From assembly GCA_012518735.1 (NCBI GenBank), contig JAAYRO010000127.1, forward strand, positions 1-52,832: a stretch of DNA of 52,832 nt, written 5' to 3'. Positions 47,501 through 52,832 of the stretch are shown here, in pieces. Position numbers and translations under genes: made by a program. The notes under the pieces are model-generated. The model was not told the DNA's origin, searched no databases, and saw only the letters and a list, made by a program, of their open reading frames with translations. This DNA is from Bacillota bacterium. Its GTDB lineage: Bacteria; Bacillota; Limnochordia; Darwinibacteriales; Darwinibacteriaceae. The number at the start of each line of letters is the position of its first letter. Positions within the stretch are counted from its first letter, which is position 1.

Positions 47501-48631
47501 CTAACGCAGTGCGTCTTTCATTCTCTCAAAGAAACCCTTCGCTTCGTCAGGTGTTGACCCTCCACCTTCTTTTGCGAACTGCCGGAGAAGTTCTTTCTGT
47601 TTTGAACTAAGTTTGACCGGTGTTACCACTCTTATATGAACGAGTTGGTCACCTCGGCTAAAACCACGCACATCCTGGATGCCTTTTCCTCGCAAACGCA
47701 TTATTTTGCCGCTTTGAGTACCTTCAGGAATACGCATAGTAACCTTTCCATCGAGCGTAGGCACCTCTATTTCATCACCTAATGCGGCCTGCACAAAAGT
47801 GATGGGGATTTCGCATACAACATTATTCCCTTCCCGCCTAAACAATTCGTGAGGACGAATCTGAATTACAATCAACAGATCCCCTGGGGGACCACCGCGA
47901 TGACCAGCTTCACCCTGACCACTTAAGCGGACGATCTGTCCCTCATCAATTCCGGCAGGAATATTAACATTTATTCTGCGAGTTTTTCTAACGGTGCCTG
48001 TTCCCTGACAGACCTTACAAGGCGTCTCAAAGGTTTTCCCTTCACCCTCACATCTACTGCACGTTCTTGTACTGGCGAAACGGCCAAATGGGGTCTGTTG
48101 AACCGTTCGAACCTCTCCTGTCCCATTACAATCTGGACAAGTGGTTATGGGTGTACCTGGTTCTGCTCGATTGCCATGACAGTGGTCACAGATCTCCGTA
48201 CGTGGAAGCTCAATGGTAGTTTCCACACCAAAAGCTGCTTCTTCAAAATCAATCGTTAAATCATAACGAAGATCGGCACCTTTCCTTGGTCGATTGCTTT
48301 GACGACCACCGAATCCTCCACCAAAAAACATGTCAGCAAAGATATCACCTAGATCGTCAAATCCACCAAATCCGCCGAATCCACCGCCAGGGCCACCCAT
48401 ACCGGCATTGTCAAAAGCCGCATGACCAAATTGATCATACTGGGCCCGTCGTTCTGGGTCACTGAGGACGGAGTAAGCTTCATTAATCTCCTTAAACTTC
48501 TCTTCTGCATCATCGGAAGGATTAACGTCTGGATGAAGCTCCCGGGCTAGTTGGCGATAGGCCTTCTTGATTTCATCCTCCGAAGCACCCCTGGACACTC
48601 CCAGTACATCATAATAGTCTCGTTTGGCCAA
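47501..48631 (-). CDS. dnaJ: molecular chaperone DnaJ
   Basis: Has a J domain with HPD, a G/F region and four CxxCxGxG zinc-finger repeats. TTG start (MAKRDYY). Confidence 0.97.
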   Translation of the reverse strand: MAKRDYYDVLGVSRGASEDEIKKAYRQLARELHPDVNPSDDAEEKFKEINEAYSVLSDPERRAQYDQFGHAAFDNAGMGGPGGGFGGFGGFDDLGDIFADMFFGGGFGGRQSNRPRKGADLRYDLTIDFEEAAFGVETTIELPRTEICDHCHGNRAEPGTPITTCPDCNGTGEVRTVQQTPFGRFASTRTCSRCEGEGKTFETPCKVCQGTGTVRKTRRINVNIPAGIDEGQIVRLSGQGEAGHRGGPPGDLLIVIQIRPHELFRREGNNVVCEIPITFVQAALGDEIEVPTLDGKVTMRIPEGTQSGKIMRLRGKGIQDVRGFSRGDQLVHIRVVTPVKLSSKQKELLRQFAKEGGGSTPDEAKGFFERMKDALR

Positions 48632-48659
48632 GGATTACACCGCCTTCTTTTCTGCCCAT

Positions 48660-50495
48660 TTACGACTCTTCCGTGAAATCGGCATCAACAATATCTTCAT
48701 TCTGGTCTGTTCCACTTGCTTCGGAGGCAGCCTCTGGATTAACTCCAGCCGCCTGCGCTTCTTGATACAGTTTTTCCGAAATACGATGAAGAACTTCATC
48801 TAAAGCCTTCATTTTGGCTTTAATTTCTTCCGTATCATCTTTTTCCACTGCAGCCTTGAGCTCGCTTTTCGCGGACTCTATCTGCGCCTTTTGGTCTTCG
48901 GTAATTTTGTCACCTAAGTCCTTCATAGTACGATCGACAGCCCACAGTGCATTATCTGCTTGGTTGCGCAGTTCAATTTTCTCACGTTTGGCCTTATCTT
49001 CTTCTGCATGCTCTTCTGCTTCCTGCACTAGTTTTTCGATATCACTATCAGTCAAACCAGTGGAAGAAGTTACGGTAATCTTCTGCTCTCGTCCTGTACC
49101 TAAATCCTTAGCTGTTACATTCACAATACCGTTGCGGTCAATATCAAAGGTTACCTCAATCTGCGGAACCCCACGTGGAGCAGGTGGAATTCCCGTTAAT
49201 TGGAATCTACCAAGAGTTACGTTATCTGCAGCCATTGGCCTTTCTCCCTGCAGAACGTGAATATCCACTGCCGGTTGATTATCCGCTGCAGTAGTAAAGA
49301 TTTGAGTCTGCTTGCATGGAATAGCAGTATTACGCTCAATTAAGCGGGTCATAACGCCACCTAAGGTCTCAATACCCAAGGAGAGAGGTGTAACGTCCAC
49401 TAACACAAGACCTTGACCTTCTTCAAACTCACCAGACAATACTCCTGCCTGAACAGCAGCACCCATTGCTACAACTTCATCTGGGTTAACACCTTTATAA
49501 GGTTCTTTACCCATTAGTTTTCCAATAGCTTCCTGCACTGCTGGAATCCGAGTTGATCCACCTACTAAGATTACTCGATCAATCTCATCAGCTGTCAGTC
49601 CAGCATCTTTCATAGACTGGCGGATCGGCTCAAGGGTCTTCTCCACTAAATCGGCTGTCAACTCATTAAACTTAGCCCTAGTCAGATCAATGTCCATATG
49701 AGCAGGACCAGCTGCCGTAGCACTAATAAAGGGTAAGTTGATATTTGTTTGAGGCAGACCTGACAGCTCAATTTTGGCTTTCTCAGCAGCCTCCCTTAAC
49801 CGCTGCATAGCCATTTTGTCCTTCGTTAAGTCTAGACCTGTCTCTTTTTTGAATTCACTAACCAAATAATTTGCAATACGTTCATCAAAGTCGTCGCCGC
49901 CCAAACGGTTATTTCCACTTGTAGCTTTAACGCCAACGTATCCTTCATCCATTTCCAAAATGGAAACATCAAAAGTACCGCCGCCTAGGTCAAAAACAAG
50001 CACTGTTTGTTCGTGCTCCTTATCTAAACCATAGGCGACCGCGGCAGCCGTTGGCTCGTTAATAATCCGCAAAACTTCTAAGCCTGCGATGGTTCCTGCA
50101 TCCTTCGTCGCCTGTCTCTGCGCGTCAGTGAAATAAGCAGGTACAGTAATAACGGCCTTTTCTACCGTCTCACCTAAATAGTTTTCCGCTTCTTCCTTTA
50201 GTTTCCGGAGAATCATAGAGGAAATCTCCTGAGGTGTATATTCCTTACCATCAATTTTCACTTTATGAGCAGTTCCCATATGGCGCTTGATGGAGCTGAT
50301 GGTTCGCTCTGGATTGGTTACTGCCTGCCGTTTAGCTACCTGTCCCACAATTCGATCGCCTTCTTTAGTGAAAGCGACGACTGACGGGGTAGTACGCGAA
50401 CCTTCTGCATTGGGAATAATAACAGGTTCGCCCGCTTCCATCACTGCTACAACTGAATTAGTAGTTCCTAAGTCAATTCCTATTACTTTTGACAT
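48660..50495 (-). CDS. dnaK: molecular chaperone DnaK (Hsp70)
   Basis: Contains [17 protein letters not shown] and the other Hsp70 signatures. The ATG directly abuts the grpE stop. Confidence 0.98.
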   Translation of the reverse strand: MSKVIGIDLGTTNSVVAVMEAGEPVIIPNAEGSRTTPSVVAFTKEGDRIVGQVAKRQAVTNPERTISSIKRHMGTAHKVKIDGKEYTPQEISSMILRKLKEEAENYLGETVEKAVITVPAYFTDAQRQATKDAGTIAGLEVLRIINEPTAAAVAYGLDKEHEQTVLVFDLGGGTFDVSILEMDEGYVGVKATSGNNRLGGDDFDERIANYLVSEFKKETGLDLTKDKMAMQRLREAAEKAKIELSGLPQTNINLPFISATAAGPAHMDIDLTRAKFNELTADLVEKTLEPIRQSMKDAGLTADEIDRVILVGGSTRIPAVQEAIGKLMGKEPYKGVNPDEVVAMGAAVQAGVLSGEFEEGQGLVLVDVTPLSLGIETLGGVMTRLIERNTAIPCKQTQIFTTAADNQPAVDIHVLQGERPMAADNVTLGRFQLTGIPPAPRGVPQIEVTFDIDRNGIVNVTAKDLGTGREQKITVTSSTGLTDSDIEKLVQEAEEHAEEDKAKREKIELRNQADNALWAVDRTMKDLGDKITEDQKAQIESAKSELKAAVEKDDTEEIKAKMKALDEVLHRISEKLYQEAQAAGVNPEAASEASGTDQNEDIVDADFTEES

Positions 50496-51062
50496 TTACT
50501 CTTCCCCCTCTACTTGACCAACTAACACCTTCGTATGTCTGATCACCTTGCCATTGAGCAGGTAACCTGTTTGGACCTGATGAATAACCTGGAGGTTATC
50601 TCCACCTTCTCCCTCCATTACGACCGCGTCATGGAGTTCTGGATTAAACGGTTTACCTTCTGCTTCTATACACTCTAATCCATACTTATTTAAAGTATGC
50701 ATCAGCCCTTCATACACCATTCGAACCCCTTCTAGAAAGGAATCGTCAGGACATGATTTCTTCCCTGATTCCAACGCCCGTTCAAAATTGTCTAATACAG
50801 GAAGTAAATCCTGCAGCAGTTCTTCATTTGCAGAAAGAGTCAGCTCTTCCATCTGATTACGACTCCGACGTCTGAAATTTTCAAAATCTGCCTTCAAACG
50901 CAGCAATTGATTCGCCAACTGGGCATTCTTTTGTTCTAATTCTGCTGCACAATCGCAGATGTGTTCTTCTTCAGTCGAATCCTCTTCCTGAGGTTTAATC
51001 TCATCATCTATTTCTAGTTCTTCAACCGTTGTTTCTTCTGGTAAACCATTATTTTCTGCCAT
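50496..51062 (-). CDS. grpE: nucleotide exchange factor GrpE
   Basis: Contains LRLKADFENFRRR and FNPELHDAV motifs. ATG at 51062 follows GGAGAAGGGGG. The track start at 51119 is an extension. Confidence 0.95.
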   Translation of the reverse strand: MAENNGLPEETTVEELEIDDEIKPQEEDSTEEEHICDCAAELEQKNAQLANQLLRLKADFENFRRRSRNQMEELTLSANEELLQDLLPVLDNFERALESGKKSCPDDSFLEGVRMVYEGLMHTLNKYGLECIEAEGKPFNPELHDAVVMEGEGGDNLQVIHQVQTGYLLNGKVIRHTKVLVGQVEGEE

Positions 51063-51086
51063 GTGGGCACCCCCTTCTCCAATGTA

Positions 51087-51110
51087 ACAGCCCTTACTCT
51101 GAAGGGCTGT
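51087..51110 (-). promoter_or_regulatory. intercistronic stem-loop between hrcA and grpE (candidate mRNA processing/stability element)
   Basis: ACAGCCCTT-6 nt-AAGGGCTGT is a perfect 9-bp stem with no U-tract. It lies 13 nt after the hrcA stop and 24 nt before the grpE ATG. Confidence 0.4.
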
Positions 51111-51123
51111 CCTGTCCATTTAC

Positions 51124-52143
51124 CTATTTGAGTTCAGTCAGCAGTTCACTGAGAGAACTAGCAATCAAGTCCACAAGCGATACCACCCGGGCATACTCCA
51201 TCCTCGTTGGACCGATGACCCCAATCGTTCCCACCACATCACGACCTACATGGTACGTGGATGTGACCAAACTGCAATCCTGCATTTCTTCATGGGGATT
51301 TTCGTGACCAATCGCTATGTGAACACCCCGAGACTTCGAGGCATCGCTCAGCAAACTAAGGAGACGCTCTTTCTCATCTAGAATCTCCAGCAAAACCCGG
51401 GCTCTATCAACATCCTGAAATTCTGGCTGCTGCAGAATGTTGGCAGTACCAGATGAATATACCTGTTCCCCTTTATCCTCTGTTAACCCCCGGAAGACCA
51501 ATTCAACTAATACGGTACCAATTTCACCAAAATCCCGGATGATTTCACTAAAAACAGTAGGACCTAGTTCTCGGTACGTGATCCCCTTTAGCTTTTGATT
51601 CAAAGCAGTCGAAATCTCGTGAAGCTGTGCAGGTGAATATGACTGTTCTGTCTTAATCAACTTGTTTTTCACAATACCTGGTTGGAGCACAAGGATCACA
51701 AGAATACTGTTTTCATCCAACAGAACAAGCTGGACGTGTTTGAAAACCAAACGATCCATACGAGGGGCAACAACTACCGAAATAGACTGCGTTAACAGAG
51801 CTAACAATCGAGTTGCCTCCCGAATCAGCCTCTCCATTTCTCTGTAATAGCCTGAGATTTCCCTGTAGATAACACCATACTCACGTTCAGAAAAAGTATG
51901 TGGTTCCATGAGAACATCAACATAGAATCGGTATCCCTTATCGGAAGGAACACGACCGGCTGAAACATGAGGCTGATGTAGGTATCCTGTTTCTTCCAAG
52001 TCAGCCATTTCATTACGGATGGTCGCGGGAGATACACCTAGATTGTGTTTACGAGCGATCGTTCGGGAACCTACTGGTTCAGCTGTTTCAACATAGTCTT
52101 CTATAACAGCTCGTAGAACCAGACGTTTTCGCTCATCCAACAT
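51124..52143 (-). CDS. hrcA: heat-inducible transcriptional repressor HrcA
   Basis: MLDERKRLVLRAVIEDYVETAEPVGSR is a winged helix. ATG at 52143 follows AAGGAGG. It is the first gene of the hrcA-grpE-dnaK-dnaJ operon and is preceded by CIRCE. Confidence 0.95.
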   Translation of the reverse strand: MLDERKRLVLRAVIEDYVETAEPVGSRTIARKHNLGVSPATIRNEMADLEETGYLHQPHVSAGRVPSDKGYRFYVDVLMEPHTFSEREYGVIYREISGYYREMERLIREATRLLALLTQSISVVVAPRMDRLVFKHVQLVLLDENSILVILVLQPGIVKNKLIKTEQSYSPAQLHEISTALNQKLKGITYRELGPTVFSEIIRDFGEIGTVLVELVFRGLTEDKGEQVYSSGTANILQQPEFQDVDRARVLLEILDEKERLLSLLSDASKSRGVHIAIGHENPHEEMQDCSLVTSTYHVGRDVVGTIGVIGPTRMEYARVVSLVDLIASSLSELLTELK

Positions 52144-52160
52144 AGTCGCTCGCCTCCTTT

Positions 52161-52187
52161 TTAGCACTCATCTTCATTGAGTGCTAA
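52161..52187 (-). promoter_or_regulatory. CIRCE operator (HrcA binding site)
   Basis: TTAGCACTC-N9-GAGTGCTAA matches the consensus perfectly. It lies between the -10 element and the hrcA SD. Confidence 0.95.
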
Positions 52188-52201
52188 CACTATTTATCCA
52201 T

Positions 52202-52230
52202 AAAATATCACTTTGCCTTCCATTTGTCAA
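52202..52230 (-). promoter_or_regulatory. sigma-A type promoter of the hrcA-dnaK operon
   Basis: The minus strand reads TTGACA (52230..52225), a 17-nt spacer, then TATTTT (52207..52202). It lies immediately upstream of CIRCE. Confidence 0.65.
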
Positions 52231-52235
52231 GAGGG

Positions 52236-52832
52236 TTAATCAGCCTCTCGTAAGAATGCTCCCGACACTAGATTCTCCAAGTATAACCCTCGTTCGGTCA
52301 CACTCAGAACACCATCTTTAAATTCAACCAAACCCCTTTTCAGCAGTTCTTGAATTTGTGGACCGTAAACCTCCATCAAACCGCTGCCAAAACGATTTCG
52401 AAAGTCTGCATCACTTACTCCAGCCAATAACCGCATACCCACCATCATGGTTTCATCCATTTCTTGATCTACAGATGCCTTGTGAAAACTTGAATAATGC
52501 GGTTCTCCCCGTGACCATCCGTCAATGTATTTTTCAATACTGGGTACATTTGTGTAGCGCACTCTGTTAAGATAGCCTGTTGCACCACTTCCTAGACCTA
52601 AGAATGGTTCGTTCAGCCAATAAAGCAGATTGTGCCTTGCTTCGTAATATGGTCTGCAAAAATTGGAGATTTCATAGTGACAGTATCCACTTTCAACCAA
52701 GATCCTTCGAGTCATATCGTACATTCGGGCCTGCAGATCGTCATCTGCTGCATTGAGCAAACCCTGTTCCTGCAGCCTAAAGAAAGGAGTCCCTTCTTCC
52801 ACAATTAAGCTGTAACACGATAGATGAGTGGG
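52236..52832 (-). CDS. hemW: radical SAM heme chaperone HemW (HemN-like), C-terminal part; 5' end lies beyond the window
   Basis: I translated the frame to nt 52832 without a stop (…PTHLSCYSLIVEEGTPFF…). It has the HemN_C-like domain and the position upstream of hrcA that hemN/yqeR has in B. subtilis. Confidence 0.9.
   Translation of the reverse strand, partial: PTHLSCYSLIVEEGTPFFRLQEQGLLNAADDDLQARMYDMTRRILVESGYCHYEISNFCRPYYEARHNLLYWLNEPFLGLGSGATGYLNRVRYTNVPSIEKYIDGWSRGEPHYSSFHKASVDQEMDETMMVGMRLLAGVSDADFRNRFGSGLMEVYGPQIQELLKRGLVEFKDGVLSVTERGLYLENLVSGAFLREAD

Noticed and set aside
48288-48420. Short tandem-like GGTGG/GAATCC repeats in dnaJ
   Set aside because: This is the coding sequence of the Gly/Phe-rich linker (GGFGGFGGF...). 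It is a normal DnaJ feature and not a repeat element.
48814-49260. 148-aa ORF on the + strand, antisense to dnaK
   Set aside because: Long stop-free antisense frames in hsp70/dnaK genes are a known by-product of codon bias. There is no SD or promoter, and the product is a low-complexity Ser/Ala-rich sequence.

Overview
This window is a densely packed core-genome segment, almost entirely on the minus strand, from an endospore-forming Firmicute that looks Clostridia-like (yqfC/yqfD, sigI-rsgI and hemZ are present). It joins two gene blocks known from Bacillus subtilis, both in reverse orientation. Block 1 is hemW(partial)-hrcA-grpE-dnaK-dnaJ-prmA-rsmE-mtaB-HIT-rpsU-nfeD-floA-yqfB-like-[Gfo oxidoreductase]-yqfC-yqfD-phoH-pgpH-ybeY-dgkA/PAP2-cdd-era. 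Block 2 is [sigI-rsgI]-queA-tgt-yajC-[4 unassigned genes]-secD-secF, convergent hpt, then recJ-apt-relA-dtd-MBL-hemZ-PPIase-hisS-aspS-[holin-like, + strand]-6S RNA-tcdA-rarA-Rrf2/nifS/nifU-small protein-AI-2E permease-alaS-ireB-TetR, plus an unknown ORF cut by the window edge. I found no tRNA or rRNA genes, CRISPR arrays, transposases, integrases or recognisable defence systems. By reading both strands I could support a perfect CIRCE operator with its promoter, nine consensus-like sigma-A promoters with exact 17-nt spacers, about ten rho-independent terminators, and a ~200-nt structured RNA in the aspS-tcdA gap that I call 6S RNA. Many ORF-track N-termini are over-extended because an upstream ATG, GTG or TTG lies inside or next to the real Shine-Dalgarno, and I corrected those where the RBS geometry was clear. 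The region is mostly ordinary housekeeping. The best candidates for something undescribed are: (i) a tightly packed module of secreted protein, PP2C/SpoIIE phosphatase, mini P-loop NTPase and HD hydrolase between yajC and secDF; (ii) an orphan phage-holin-like gene between aspS and the 6S RNA; (iii) a sensor-less RsgI/SigI pair translationally coupled to queA-tgt. All functional calls rest on motif recognition from memory and on synteny, because no database search was possible.
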